Part shown: one piece after another, positions 18,612-29,198 of the stretch
Layout: each line of letters opens with the position of its first letter
Position numbering within the stretch: position 1 is the first letter of the stretch
DNA from: Shigella phage Ag3
DNA: 64,000 bases
Sequence record: FJ373894
Reading direction: 5' to 3' (one strand)
Position numbers and translations under genes: made by a program
Notes under the pieces: generated by a model
The model's input: the letters and a program-made list of their open reading frames with translations, nothing else
The model's database searches: none
What the model was told of the DNA's origin: nothing

Positions 18612-19299
18612 CGTCTTCACCTTCTTCCTTCGGCTCTGCCTGAACTTCGATTACATCTTCTTCGGGATCAGGTCCTTTGGACGCAGCTTTCGCTGCAGTA
18701 CGTTCTTCAGCACGTTTACGGGCGTCTTCGATGGTCTTCAGTAGATCACGGGAAGACCTGGCCTGTTTGCCGACGTTGACCGTGGTTGTACCATCAGGGG
18801 ACGTGGTGACCTCGACGGTTGTTTCGTCCCCAGGAGGTGGCTCTTTGTCGCCTGTAACGGCCTTGATGGTCTTCTGGTTCTCCATCAGGTCTTTGTTCAG
18901 ACCGCGCATGAGTTCGCCCAACTCTTTGAAGACTGTGAACGCGCGGGGTGCTTCAGTGGTCGTCGCGAGTTTGGCCGCCTGTCCCATCATGAACATCGTG
19001 GCTTCCTGCATGGCATAAGTCGTGTCACGGATGCGTTTGTAGTCGGTGGTGGCGTCCGTGTCTTCGAAGTCTGGAACCTTAGACTCCTTGGACTTCAGCT
19101 CTTCTGGGTCCAGAGAAGGAGGGAACACCACAGGCTCATACCCTGCAGGCTTTTCACCCAACCATTCGCCTGTATCCGGATCATAATCTTTTCCAGCCAC
19201 AGGCGAGGTCTTCTCCATGACTTCTTGAGCGACCTCATCCCGCGCTTGGATAGCACCGAGGGTGGACAATAGGCGTTCTGACATAGCACTCATAATCAA
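18592..19299 (-). CDS. terminase small subunit (gp16-like)
   Basis: Directly upstream of and overlapping large terminase; central region resembles T4 gp16. Confidence 0.6.
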   Translation of the reverse strand: MIMSAMSERLLSTLGAIQARDEVAQEVMEKTSPVAGKDYDPDTGEWLGEKPAGYEPVVFPPSLDPEELKSKESKVPDFEDTDATTDYKRIRDTTYAMQEATMFMMGQAAKLATTTEAPRAFTVFKELGELMRGLNKDLMENQKTIKAVTGDKEPPPGDETTVEVTTSPDGTTTVNVGKQARSSRDLLKTIEDARKRAEERTAAKAASKGPDPEEDVIEVQAEPKEEGEDDGVSEA

Positions 19300-19991
19300 T
19301 CTCCAGGATGATGTACGCCGTCTTTGTCAACACGGAACCACTCTGGTAGTTCCGTCCACGGCGTTTTCAAATCATTAGACATTTCGATAATTATCTCTTT
19401 GATCCCGTTGGGATCCCCGCCACCGCCGTTGTCCACCCAATAGTCGTACCCATAGATGAAGCCGCTCAGCTGGAACATGAAGGAGCAGTCGACGTGTGGT
19501 GAATCAGAAGCATCCCCTTCCCAGTTATCGGACATCTGGTGGTTAATCAGTTGGATCTTGATCTTCTGGTCTTGCTGTAGTGTATCGTTGTCCTTGATGC
19601 CACAGTCTAGAGAGGGGGTGAATACCGAATAAACCTGCTCTAGCACCTGTAACATCTCAACCAATTTCTTGGTTCGGATATTGTACTCAAAATCGATAAT
19701 CAGGGGAATTCGCTGCTTCGCCCCGGCTGTTGGCGTCGATTGTCGATTGTGGTACGTCTTCGTCACTTGTTTGTTGATCTCAAACTGACCAAAAGAGAAG
19801 GTCGCAAATGGGAGCATGTTGGATGGCACGTTCCTGTTGAGGTCATTGCGTCTCCCGATGGCCATGTGTAATGGGACTTCCATAAGGCCACGCTCTGTGT
19901 TCACCTTCAGATCAGACATAATGGTGGCAAACAGATTGATGTATTTCATCAATGAATCATGGTAGAAGTAATTTTCAAATGGTCTGGCCAT
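19296..19991 (-). CDS. tail completion/sheath stabiliser (gp15-like)
   Basis: Synteny only. Confidence 0.45.
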   Translation of the reverse strand: MARPFENYFYHDSLMKYINLFATIMSDLKVNTERGLMEVPLHMAIGRRNDLNRNVPSNMLPFATFSFGQFEINKQVTKTYHNRQSTPTAGAKQRIPLIIDFEYNIRTKKLVEMLQVLEQVYSVFTPSLDCGIKDNDTLQQDQKIKIQLINHQMSDNWEGDASDSPHVDCSFMFQLSGFIYGYDYWVDNGGGGDPNGIKEIIIEMSNDLKTPWTELPEWFRVDKDGVHHPGD

Positions 19992-19993
19992 GA

Positions 19994-20644
19994 TTATTCT
20001 CCAAAGTCGATCTTCATCTTGTCTACTGCAAGCCCCTTCTCAAGCACATCCGCCAAAGCATTGTCGGTCTGCAGAGAAGAATCCTTGTACACGTCCGGTT
20101 CGTTCTCTTCGTCCAAGATGGACAGACGTTTGTCGATATCGTCGATCTCCGGAACGCCTGTATCGAAGTTTTCGTTGCCGTACTGGAACAACGTGCACGG
20201 CAGAGAGAACGTATACCATTTGCCAAATTGCATGAAGTCTTCATCGTTGTTTGGGTTGTTGACCTTGAAGATCTTGTTCGCCAGGGGCAGGTAGATCAGG
20301 TCACCTTCCTGAGGTTGTTGTTCAATCCCAACACCGTTGCCTATCACCTCAGCAAAGCGGCGGCGCGAGATAGAGAACGTCACCTCATCCTGTAGATTAA
20401 TACCCCCGAACTTCTCCCACATCTGGGTGTTGAAGCCCTGGTAATCCTGCATGTAAACTTCGATGTCGAACGCTTGGTCGAATCGATGGTTTGCATCGTT
20501 GGTGACTGGGAATTTTTCAACGATGGAACGTGGTATATACTTGACGTCTATCCCACGCAACTGAATCATTTCTTGCACCAAATCTTCAATCAGCTTCTGT
20601 GTGCCTTGGTGATTGGTGGCGTTGAAATATTTTGAAGTGGCCAT
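19994..20644 (-). CDS. neck protein (gp14-like)
   Basis: Synteny; GAGGG RBS; CTAAATACC motif upstream. Confidence 0.45.
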   Translation of the reverse strand: MATSKYFNATNHQGTQKLIEDLVQEMIQLRGIDVKYIPRSIVEKFPVTNDANHRFDQAFDIEVYMQDYQGFNTQMWEKFGGINLQDEVTFSISRRRFAEVIGNGVGIEQQPQEGDLIYLPLANKIFKVNNPNNDEDFMQFGKWYTFSLPCTLFQYGNENFDTGVPEIDDIDKRLSILDEENEPDVYKDSSLQTDNALADVLEKGLAVDKMKIDFGE

Positions 20645-20663
20645 ATCGATACCCTCAATTTTG

Positions 20664-20674
20664 AAGGTATTTAG
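20664..20674 (-). promoter_or_regulatory. late-promoter-like CTAAATACCTT upstream of gp14-like gene
   Basis: About 20 nt upstream of ATG 20644. Confidence 0.4.
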
Positions 20675-20703
20675 TCGAAGTTTATTCTTTTGAGGAATAA
20701 CTC

Positions 20704-20916
20704 ATGCAAGTGGAAGACATCAAAGAAGTTCGCAGCGGTCGTCGCGTCCGAATCATCTGTGTGGACGCCAAGATTGGAGGCGGTGATTACGACATCGTCG
20801 GTCTGGTGAAGGAAGTGGATGGCACAGACTTCATTGAGTGGTGGAACTCCAAAGACAAGACCGAAGACGGCCTGCTGCGTGGTAGTGGCAACGGAAACCT
20901 GGATTTGAAAATCTAA
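20704..20916 (+). CDS. small hypothetical protein (70 aa)
   Basis: GAGGAA RBS 6 nt upstream of ATG; hairpin immediately after stop. Confidence 0.4.
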   Translation: MQVEDIKEVRSGRRVRIICVDAKIGGGDYDIVGLVKEVDGTDFIEWWNSKDKTEDGLLRGSGNGNLDLKI

Positions 20917-20921
20917 AAGAA

Positions 20922-20941
20922 GGGCGGGGGAACCCGCCTTT
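20922..20941. terminator. bidirectional hairpin between small plus ORF and gp13-like gene
   Basis: AGGGCGGG-GGAA-CCCGCCTT flanked by A-run and T-rich sequence. Confidence 0.5.
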
Positions 20942-20943
20942 CC

Positions 20944-21714
20944 TTATCCCATATAGAAGTCAATCGGGTATTGCTGGCCAGTACGAAGTTCTTCCTCTAA
21001 ACGCTCGATCTCCGCTTCAGCCTCACTGAACATAGTATCACCATCCAGCTCAATACCGCCAGGGAGACGGATGCCTCTTGCCTTCTTCAGCACCTCCGCC
21101 CAACGGCGTTTTACCAGAGCTGTTGCATACGCCTTCAGCCACATGTCATTCCATGCTTCTTCATTACCCTCTACCTCTGGGTCGATGTTCTGGAAACATT
21201 TGAACGCCAGAGCCTCGTCCTTCGTCAGGGCGAATTGAGGGTAGAGTTTGCGCTGGAATTTCTTGTACACGAAGGTGCGCTTCACGTTCAGCACACTGGT
21301 GATGTCGGACAGACGCTGCTGCATTGAGACATAATCGATCAGGCGGATAGACACCAGCGCTGACTTCGGCACCAACATAGCCTGCGCCATTTGCCACTGA
21401 GGGGTTGCCCAGTTACCGATAGATTCAATAGGTGGTCCTGGAATGACTTCGGTGACGTCATCGATATCTTTCGGGAATTCGATGTAGCCCTTCGTGATAG
21501 TGTCGTCATCAACGACATGGACGAAGAACGCATCCTGGCTACCATCGCGGTGATACTCCCAGAATTTCTGTAGAGCGTCATCGACAGCGTCGGACACCTG
21601 TGATGGGTCGAGGTTGATCTGAATTACGGGTGCCCCCAATTTCTTGAGGATGTAATTCATAAACCCCTTGCGGTCTCTGATAGAATTAACGGCCATTGAC
21701 GTTCCCCTTACCAC
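20944..21714 (-). CDS. neck protein (gp13-like)
   Basis: Synteny only. Confidence 0.45.
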   Translation of the reverse strand: MVRGTSMAVNSIRDRKGFMNYILKKLGAPVIQINLDPSQVSDAVDDALQKFWEYHRDGSQDAFFVHVVDDDTITKGYIEFPKDIDDVTEVIPGPPIESIGNWATPQWQMAQAMLVPKSALVSIRLIDYVSMQQRLSDITSVLNVKRTFVYKKFQRKLYPQFALTKDEALAFKCFQNIDPEVEGNEEAWNDMWLKAYATALVKRRWAEVLKKARGIRLPGGIELDGDTMFSEAEAEIERLEEELRTGQQYPIDFYMG

Positions 21715-22048
21715 TCTGGAGATCAGATACCGTAATCCGCAGAGTTCGCACGTCGTCGGACAGACTGCTGCTATTGAGTTTTAATTCAGCAACGTTCTGC
21801 TTGACGTAGTTGACGTCTGTGTTCAATACAGCGATCTTCTCACTCATATCGTTGACTTTGACAAGGATCTGGTCAACCTTGTTGGAATCCCGCTCAACCA
21901 CATCAAGACGGTTTTCGAACTTACCCATCATCCAAACAACCGAGCCAACAGAGACTATCGCCGCCGTCAGCACCCCGGTGAGGATCGCTTTCACATCGAT
22001 CACAGTGTTAGTTTGAGTTGTCATCTTGGCCTCCTGACGGGAGTTCAA
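21686..22048 (-). CDS. membrane-anchored coiled-coil protein
   Basis: ORF track; one hydrophobic segment then heptad-like region. Confidence 0.4.
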   Translation of the reverse strand: MNSRQEAKMTTQTNTVIDVKAILTGVLTAAIVSVGSVVWMMGKFENRLDVVERDSNKVDQILVKVNDMSEKIAVLNTDVNYVKQNVAELKLNSSSLSDDVRTLRITVSDLQSGKGNVNGR

Positions 22049-22256
22049 TCCCGAGGTGTTCCGCCATGAGTTGTACCGTCGCTGTCAGTTGATCGATCTG
22101 CGCTGCCTGCGCTGCAATAGTTCTGTCCTTTTCTTCCTGATTACGACGGGCGTTCAGAGCCGCTAAACCAGCAGCGCTGTCTGTGCAGATGATAGCCCCA
22201 GGGCAAGAGCTACTTCTCATCATCGATGCATGCCCCTGTACTTTTACACCACGCAT
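22008..22256 (-). CDS. hypothetical protein (82 aa)
   Basis: ORF track. Confidence 0.35.
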   Translation of the reverse strand: MRGVKVQGHASMMRSSSCPGAIICTDSAAGLAALNARRNQEEKDRTIAAQAAQIDQLTATVQLMAEHLGIELPSGGQDDNSN

Positions 22257-22306
22257 GATAATATCCTCTGTTAATGGCGGGGTTGCCCCCGCCTTGGTAA
22301 TACTAC

Positions 22307-25300
22307 TTATGCCAGAGCAATCAAACGGAAATCTTTGAATGATGGCGGCGCTGTACGGTTGCCTCTCACCAGCAGGCGGATCTTCAGGCCAACGAAAGGA
22401 TTGGTGCTGTCCACAGTCTTGTCATATTCGTATTCAAAGAATGTAGAACCGTCATTGACCAGAGGGGATGTTGGAGTCACAGTTTCCCATGCCACGTCAT
22501 CCATCTCCTGACCAGCGCGGAGCAGTTTCACCTGTACAGTCATTGAAGACTGAGAAGGTAGCATCGCACCGAAGTACTGTTTCAGAGTGGTGCAAGGGTT
22601 ATCGAATCCGATATCCTTGGTCACATAACTGAACACGTCTTCAAACGGATCCACCCCGTAGGTGTTGAAGATGATAGTGAAATCATCTCCATCAATCATC
22701 GGAGCCGTGTACACGTTGCTTTCGTTACGCGTCATTGTCGCCCGCACCTGGAAGTCACCCACTTGGCGATAGATGCCTTCCGTCGACAGAGACACGTCCG
22801 TATCGGATTCGAACTCAGCCCAATCAGAGAATGAGTTGGAGGTCGCATCGCGGTAACGGTATTCCAGTTTCAACACAGAACCTTCCAGGGCTGAATTGGT
22901 GACGCTTGCGTAGAACATGTCTACCAAGTAGTTGCCCAGGAAAGAAGCCTCTTCACCACCAATCTGCCCGTCGGAGTCGGCGTTGGAACTCAGAACAAAT
23001 TTGAACGTCGTGAACGTCGCGTCTGTCACAGTGTGTTGGGCGTTCAGTTGCTCAGGAGTGAAACCACAACCACCCGTCAGACCAGACAGGGTAACACTTT
23101 CACCCGCAGTCAGGCCATGCCCCGGCGCGTACACTGTAACAGTTGAAGAACCGTTGACACATTTCACGGTGTTCAGACCCAGAGGGCGGATCTTCGGACC
23201 GACTTTAGCATCGAAGGTCACGATGTTTGAACCAGCGGAGAAGTTACAGCGATACACACGGAACTTCATATCGGCAGTCTGGTTTGGAGTCCAAGTCGTG
23301 CCGTTGGAAGACGTGAAGAACACACCAGTGTACGGCTGCTTGGCGATGTACTCGTTGGTCAGCAAGTTCTTTTTGCCCATCTCTGCGATGTATGCGTTGT
23401 AGTCCTGAGTGTTGGCCAGGAGCACGATCGCGAACTCAGTCTGCGCCTGCAGATACACAGGATAATCAAACTTGAACATCGTTGGTACAGAAGAGTCTGT
23501 GGAGACGGAAACTTCTGATGGGTTCAAAGTCTTACGAGTGACCACAGTCGTCGCAGGCAGGCCATTACTCATCTCACGGATTTCCAGAGTAATCGGGATA
23601 TCACGGGACTTGGTGGAGAAGAAGACTTCAATCCCTTCGATGTACTCGCCACCAATATTGGTAGCAACCATGAAGGATTGAGCAATCGGGTCTTTCCACT
23701 TCGCAACTTCAACCGTCTCCGTTTTGTTTTCGGTGGACTTGGTCGCAGTGTAACCCAGGACGCGAGTGTTGACATAGGTCTTCTGAATGCCCTGTTTCTT
23801 ACCGAAGGATTTGTGAACCGCTTCAGCATTGGTCAGGGTATCGTCAGCAGACTTGCTGTCCACAGGACTATCAGTCAGACGGAAGACGTTGTCGCCCGTG
23901 TTGAACTTAACAGTCTCGTTCTGAGGAACTGCGAACACGCCTTTGATGTTGCCGTTGGCGTCAGTATTCAACGCACCACCCAGGGAGCCGCCGTTGGGTG
24001 TACAGTACGCGCTAACATCGCGTCCAGAGAAGAACGGATACACGCGAGTAAACGGACGCAGGCCTGTGGCTTCGAAGTTGATGTTCGTTTTGCGCATGTA
24101 TGGGATAACCTGCGTTTCAACGATCTGCTCGCCAGTCAGGGTAGTGGTCGTCTTGTCGGTGTACGTGTACGTGGTGACGTCACGGGTAGACACAGTCGTG
24201 CGGTAGCGGTAGCCCCACCATACACCGCCTGCGCCATGCGGTTCCCACACACGCTCAGACACGGAAACAGTACGCCATGTGCCATACACAGAACCTTCTT
24301 TGATCGCGCCGCGTGTGTTGATCGTTTCGTTGATCACACGTGGAGCAACATAGTAGTTCTCGAACCAGTAGTCGGTGGTCGGGTTCAGCTTCAGGAAACC
24401 TTCCCAGTTGAATACCGCATATGGGTTCACGTTGATGGTCGTGGTCGCATAATCCTGGCGCACAGAGATCTCACGGGTGTAGTTGCATACAACCATGCCA
24501 TCCTGAACGTTGTTCCAGCCCACTGGCGTCAGGTCAACCGCATTCTGCTGAACGAACGGGCGTAGGCGACCATTGTCAGTGTCGATTGAACCTACCCAGT
24601 CAGCAGACAAATCGTCGATCAGACGGAAGTCTTTGAACGGGTCGGCAGCGATACCGTTTTTGAAGCGCGGGTTGCCAGTGATCGGGTCGAACACCTGCTG
24701 AGTCATAGCTGAAGATTCCAGCTGTGACAGTGAGGTGTAGTATTCAACATTGGAGATACGGGTCTCCAGTTTACCGATATCACGCATCGTGTAACGACGG
24801 TTGTCGATGGTACGAATCTGAATATCGTCGATGTTGGCCGTGTAAGGCGGGATCATCAATTCGTACAGACGCATGCCGTTGTCTGGGATCGCAGGCGAAG
24901 CCAGGTTGTTGGAACTCACACCACGCGCAACGTTAAACACGCCGTTGTCGGCCAGATACACAGCATCAATACGAGGCAGATAGTACTCCGCATCGAGGAC
25001 GATAGCAGTGTTCGGGCGAACCATATCAGTGTCGGAAGCACCGCTGGTGATCTTAGGACGGAAGTCCAGGCAGTCTGCCAGGCCATACACAGTACCAGAA
25101 CTGGACGAAACATAGTTCGGAATGTCTGGGTAATCGATGGAAGAATAGGAATCCGCTGTGAAGAAATCACCAGAGCTGTGAGCGAAATACTGATACACCA
25201 CCGTGAACGTCCCTGAAATGGCTCCAGTGCCCGATAACAGGTTAGAACGATAGTATGCAGCATCACGCTGGCCGCCGTCCAGAGTGAAGTTAGAGGTGAC

Positions 25301-27145
25301 GTCAGCGCCACTTGCATTCTTCACGCTGACCAGCTTGTAGCCGTCGTGGTTGTTCAGCTGTACGCTGGCCGCCGAAGTGAACGTCACAGTCTCGGTGACT
25401 TCGGTAACAGTCTTGGTCTTGATCGTCGCTGTGGTGCGGACCATCAGTGCCAACAGGTTGATAGACTGGTTGGCGTACCCCGCACCCAGGGAAATCTGCA
25501 GTGCTGAACCGACCGGAGTACCAGTCAGGGACAGTCCCGAAGAGATATCAAACTGAGCTGCAGTGCCGTCTGCCTTCGCCGCTGAGTACAAAGAGAATTC
25601 AGGGCTGAAGCTGTAACCCAGAGGAGCAGAGATAGAGCCTGCGCCTGCCGCGTTCAACGTGATCTTGTTTGACCGCAGGACGGTGTAGTTGATGTCGATG
25701 GTCCCCGTAGGAGCCAGCGTCTTCACACCAAATACAGGCAGAGGGAAGATCAGGTCAATTGCTGAACTCTGGCTGAACTGATTAGACTCCAGTTCGCAAG
25801 AGAACATTGTTGTACCGCTTTCTTCGTATGCAACTTTGGTGACAGTACCCATGTCCCCAGTGACAACGAGGTCGCGCATATACAGACGGAATTCCGCTCC
25901 AGAACGTTCTGCTGAAATCAGGAGGGCAGTGGCCTGGACAGCGCTGGATGCGTTCAGGAACTTGTAACGGATTGTGCGAGAGACAACCGGAACCCCTTTG
26001 GAGTTCTTGGACACCAGATAGTTGCCAGTCGCAACAGCCACAGGGTTGTTGTTCAGGGTATCGGTGTCACGGGCTTTATCAATAGTGACCAGCTCTTCGC
26101 CGAGGTTTTCGATACGACGGCCACGAACGTAGGAGATCCCTGGCTTCATGACCGCCACGAATTTGCTTGCGTCACCACCTTCGGCCGGAGTGTACACGCC
26201 GCCGTTGTTGTTCTCTTTCAGATGTTCACGCAGGTCGATCTGGTGAGTAGAGACGTTGTAATCCCCGTTGGTCTCATAAGTGCGCTGCGCCATACTGTCT
26301 TCGAGGATGTTGTAGGTGGACTGGGTCACCATGGACTGAATGCGCCCGTCTTTGACTTTCGCCAGTTCAACGAAGTCGGCCACTTCTTCATCATAACCGT
26401 AGCGAGACAACACGAGGTCGATGCGCAGGCGATGCGCACCAGGGGCTTTGGAGTTCGGAGTACCCTGAGCATTGGAGAACAGACTTTCGTCTTCGGTTTC
26501 GGTGACGATGGTCTCTGTCACTTTGAATCCAACGCGGTGTGAGGTGGAGTTGGATGCGTTGTCGACGATCAGGGTAGCAGCCTCAACATCCAGGAACATG
26601 CCGCGGACGAAGTAAACGCCTTTGGTCATGCGCGCAACAATAGAGCCACCGACAGTAGCAGCCACACCATAGCCGACACGAATGAAATTATCGTTCACGT
26701 CGTAGGTGTTGAAGTACAGGTTGTCACCAGCTTCGAAACCGTCTGAACTACCACTCTCAGTCATCTCTAAGATGGCGTACATTGTATCCGGCTCAGCCAG
26801 GTAACGTTCCAGAGACAGGACGCGCGCTTTCGCATTGTTGTCCTTACCCAGAACATAGAGTTCGGAGATACCTTCCAGATCGGTGAACTCGCTACCACCA
26901 GCCAGAGTGAACTTCATGGACACTGCGGTGTTGGTGATTGTCAGGCCGCCGGGGATAACCATCGAACCGTCTTTGAACAGATGGTTCCCGAGTTTCTCCA
27001 GCTGATCCTGGAAGATGGTCTGCATCTGGTTCAGTTCACGCGTCTGAACTTTGATAGGAGCCGGACGGAACAGGATGCGTGAAAAACGCTTCTCTGGATT
27101 CCAATCATCCCAGTATGGGCGGCGGTTGAGGTTCATTTCTTGCAT
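22307..27145 (-). CDS. large virion structural protein (about 1612 aa)
   Basis: ORF track 22307..27283; ATG at 27145 with GGAG RBS; T/S/G/N-rich beta-type composition. Confidence 0.7.
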   Translation of the reverse strand: MQEMNLNRRPYWDDWNPEKRFSRILFRPAPIKVQTRELNQMQTIFQDQLEKLGNHLFKDGSMVIPGGLTITNTAVSMKFTLAGGSEFTDLEGISELYVLGKDNNAKARVLSLERYLAEPDTMYAILEMTESGSSDGFEAGDNLYFNTYDVNDNFIRVGYGVAATVGGSIVARMTKGVYFVRGMFLDVEAATLIVDNASNSTSHRVGFKVTETIVTETEDESLFSNAQGTPNSKAPGAHRLRIDLVLSRYGYDEEVADFVELAKVKDGRIQSMVTQSTYNILEDSMAQRTYETNGDYNVSTHQIDLREHLKENNNGGVYTPAEGGDASKFVAVMKPGISYVRGRRIENLGEELVTIDKARDTDTLNNNPVAVATGNYLVSKNSKGVPVVSRTIRYKFLNASSAVQATALLISAERSGAEFRLYMRDLVVTGDMGTVTKVAYEESGTTMFSCELESNQFSQSSAIDLIFPLPVFGVKTLAPTGTIDINYTVLRSNKITLNAAGAGSISAPLGYSFSPEFSLYSAAKADGTAAQFDISSGLSLTGTPVGSALQISLGAGYANQSINLLALMVRTTATIKTKTVTEVTETVTFTSAASVQLNNHDGYKLVSVKNASGADVTSNFTLDGGQRDAAYYRSNLLSGTGAISGTFTVVYQYFAHSSGDFFTADSYSSIDYPDIPNYVSSSSGTVYGLADCLDFRPKITSGASDTDMVRPNTAIVLDAEYYLPRIDAVYLADNGVFNVARGVSSNNLASPAIPDNGMRLYELMIPPYTANIDDIQIRTIDNRRYTMRDIGKLETRISNVEYYTSLSQLESSAMTQQVFDPITGNPRFKNGIAADPFKDFRLIDDLSADWVGSIDTDNGRLRPFVQQNAVDLTPVGWNNVQDGMVVCNYTREISVRQDYATTTINVNPYAVFNWEGFLKLNPTTDYWFENYYVAPRVINETINTRGAIKEGSVYGTWRTVSVSERVWEPHGAGGVWWGYRYRTTVSTRDVTTYTYTDKTTTTLTGEQIVETQVIPYMRKTNINFEATGLRPFTRVYPFFSGRDVSAYCTPNGGSLGGALNTDANGNIKGVFAVPQNETVKFNTGDNVFRLTDSPVDSKSADDTLTNAEAVHKSFGKKQGIQKTYVNTRVLGYTATKSTENKTETVEVAKWKDPIAQSFMVATNIGGEYIEGIEVFFSTKSRDIPITLEIREMSNGLPATTVVTRKTLNPSEVSVSTDSSVPTMFKFDYPVYLQAQTEFAIVLLANTQDYNAYIAEMGKKNLLTNEYIAKQPYTGVFFTSSNGTTWTPNQTADMKFRVYRCNFSAGSNIVTFDAKVGPKIRPLGLNTVKCVNGSSTVTVYAPGHGLTAGESVTLSGLTGGCGFTPEQLNAQHTVTDATFTTFKFVLSSNADSDGQIGGEEASFLGNYLVDMFYASVTNSALEGSVLKLEYRYRDATSNSFSDWAEFESDTDVSLSTEGIYRQVGDFQVRATMTRNESNVYTAPMIDGDDFTIIFNTYGVDPFEDVFSYVTKDIGFDNPCTTLKQYFGAMLPSQSSMTVQVKLLRAGQEMDDVAWETVTPTSPLVNDGSTFFEYEYDKTVDSTNPFVGLKIRLLVRGNRTAPPSFKDFRLIALA

Positions 27146-27175
27146 TTTGATGCTCCATCGATAGGTGCCATTATA

Positions 27176-27191
27176 GAGATATTTAGTATAC
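27176..27191 (-). promoter_or_regulatory. late-promoter-like ACTAAATATCTC upstream of giant structural gene
   Basis: About 35 nt upstream of ATG 27145. Confidence 0.3.
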
Positions 27192-27203
27192 AGCCAACCG
27201 AGG

Positions 27204-27236
27204 AATAGAAAGAAAAAGCCCCTCATCTGAGGGGCT
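27204..27236 (-). terminator. rho-independent terminator after tailspike A
   Basis: Minus-strand AGCCCCTCAGATGAGGGGCT followed by TTTTTCTTTC. Confidence 0.65.
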
Positions 27237-27243
27237 TTGTCTA

Positions 27244-29028
27244 TCAAGCGGAAGCATTCCATTGACCAGCATTGATCACCCATGTGCTCGTTACTTTTGA
27301 ATACACCATTTTCACGAGATTCATTTTCGTGGTGGCGGTGTTGGCACCAGTCACATCGACAGGGACACCCGCTATGCTCAATGAAGCAATGTTTGAACCT
27401 CTCAGTAAAAACGTCAGCTCCATACCATCATATGGCGTACCGGTAAATGCGATGTTGGAACCAGAAGAAACGTTTCTTCGATAGCACCCATAACCGCTGT
27501 TTATGTCGACAGAGTCAGTTGTGAGCTGTAATGGCAATTTTCCACGACTTAATTTACATGCCGTTACAACGCCGAGATCATCAATGCCTCGACTTGCGCC
27601 CCAACGTGCGATGTTGACTATGTGGCCAGTCACACCAGCGTCTTGCGCACCACCAATGTCGAAGAAACCTCCAGCCCTTGTTCCCCATATCGGCTCATCA
27701 ATTAAGCTGTTGGTGGAGTTGGTTATACTATACCCATGCGCGAGGGTTCCTTGGCTTGGGGAAGAGTGTGTACAATCTCGGAATGTGGCATCTTGAGAAC
27801 CACTGATGCGGACATCAGAGATACTATTGTTCTCATAATACATTCCATACACCTTAGTTCCCTTGGCCTGATCCAAGAATCCATATTTCGTGGTATTCTG
27901 GCTGAATCCGTTAACAAAACAGACTGCTTCTGTAGGGAATGTTGTGGTATAATCCCAAGAAGTCCCGCCGTCGGTGGAGTGTCTTACGATAATACCATAA
28001 TCCGGCATATCCACTTCCGGAGCACCAGAATAACCATCAAACCCTGTTATAACGATAGCATTGGCTCCGTTCTGTACTATTAACCGACTCGAACCAGCCC
28101 CACCACCGATAACCTCACAACCGTCTATCTTCAATCCATAACACAAAGTCCCTATCTCTATCCCGATATTATTAATGGCTGTGCCCATGTCCACCCACAT
28201 CATATCTAGATGACCATGGTTCCTCCAATATTTGGCTCTGAAAGCGACGCAACCCGTTTTACCATTCAACGATATCCTGATATTGTGTAATTTGCAGTTT
28301 CTCACTGCATTCCCACCAGAACGAGAAGGATCAATCGTGAGTACACCAACGTTGTTTTCACCAGCCAAGAATAATGCGCCGGAATGTGCATAAATTTCAG
28401 AGTTAGGATAAAACGCCAACGCCTGGCCAGTTACCGTATAGTTGCCAGGAAGAAACTGGAATGTCCCACCCTGGGATAATTTAGTTTGTATAAGAGACTG
28501 AGACATCGAAGGGTCGATAACAGTTAGACGATAAAACCCAGAGTATAACTCATCTCTTAATGCATCTGGATCCAATTTCACCCAGTTAGAACTTGACAAT
28601 CCACCAGTATTGGCAATGGTGCCACCAGCGTTTACAGATTTGGGTAAAGTCCCACCCCAACGGTAAAGACTTGTACCATCAGAAACGACTTCATTTCTTA
28701 CACGTATCGTGAACCCCGAATCGAAGTTTTCGACCAAAGTTACAAATTCCTTCCGAAGTACTGCAAGAACCCCCAGGTCTACGGTGCCCGTATTGTGTAC
28801 GAGAATGCCGTCTGCCATGCTGGTGATGGTAGCGCCAGCAGGCAGGTTAGAAGGCAGAGCATAGGAGCGCTGGGGCACCTTGTCGTAGATCACCTTATAA
28901 CCAGTCAGGGTGGATCCTGGTTTAGCATACAGAACCTCGGACTTCTTGCACCCGAACTTGCGTGCAATAGAGTCCTTGTTGGTCTCTTTCGAGACCGTAC
29001 CTTTCGGCTGTGAAAATTGCGGATTCAT
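27244..29028 (-). CDS. tailspike protein A (594 aa)
   Basis: N-terminus MNPQFSQPKG shared with 31692..33713; Gly/Asn/Thr-rich beta-helix-like repeats. Confidence 0.7.
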   Translation of the reverse strand: MNPQFSQPKGTVSKETNKDSIARKFGCKKSEVLYAKPGSTLTGYKVIYDKVPQRSYALPSNLPAGATITSMADGILVHNTGTVDLGVLAVLRKEFVTLVENFDSGFTIRVRNEVVSDGTSLYRWGGTLPKSVNAGGTIANTGGLSSSNWVKLDPDALRDELYSGFYRLTVIDPSMSQSLIQTKLSQGGTFQFLPGNYTVTGQALAFYPNSEIYAHSGALFLAGENNVGVLTIDPSRSGGNAVRNCKLHNIRISLNGKTGCVAFRAKYWRNHGHLDMMWVDMGTAINNIGIEIGTLCYGLKIDGCEVIGGGAGSSRLIVQNGANAIVITGFDGYSGAPEVDMPDYGIIVRHSTDGGTSWDYTTTFPTEAVCFVNGFSQNTTKYGFLDQAKGTKVYGMYYENNSISDVRISGSQDATFRDCTHSSPSQGTLAHGYSITNSTNSLIDEPIWGTRAGGFFDIGGAQDAGVTGHIVNIARWGASRGIDDLGVVTACKLSRGKLPLQLTTDSVDINSGYGCYRRNVSSGSNIAFTGTPYDGMELTFLLRGSNIASLSIAGVPVDVTGANTATTKMNLVKMVYSKVTSTWVINAGQWNASA

Positions 29029-29198
29029 AAGAATCTCCTGTTGTTTATTCTCGATGGTATGCGCAACGGCTTATTTAGTTGTCGGCGAGTCCAGGTATGC
29101 CGCCACCGAATATGTTGCTGGTGAACGCGCAACTGGATTGGCTTATCGAACAGACTGGAACAAAGCGCGTTATCAGGTCTGACATGGACGAATGCGAC

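Noticed and set aside
17997-18779. 260-aa plus-strand ORF across the terminase genes
   Set aside because: Antisense to terminase and intein; no RBS.
23678-24565. 295-aa plus-strand ORF inside the giant minus-strand structural gene
   Set aside because: Antisense shadow ORF fully contained in a better-supported gene; no RBS.
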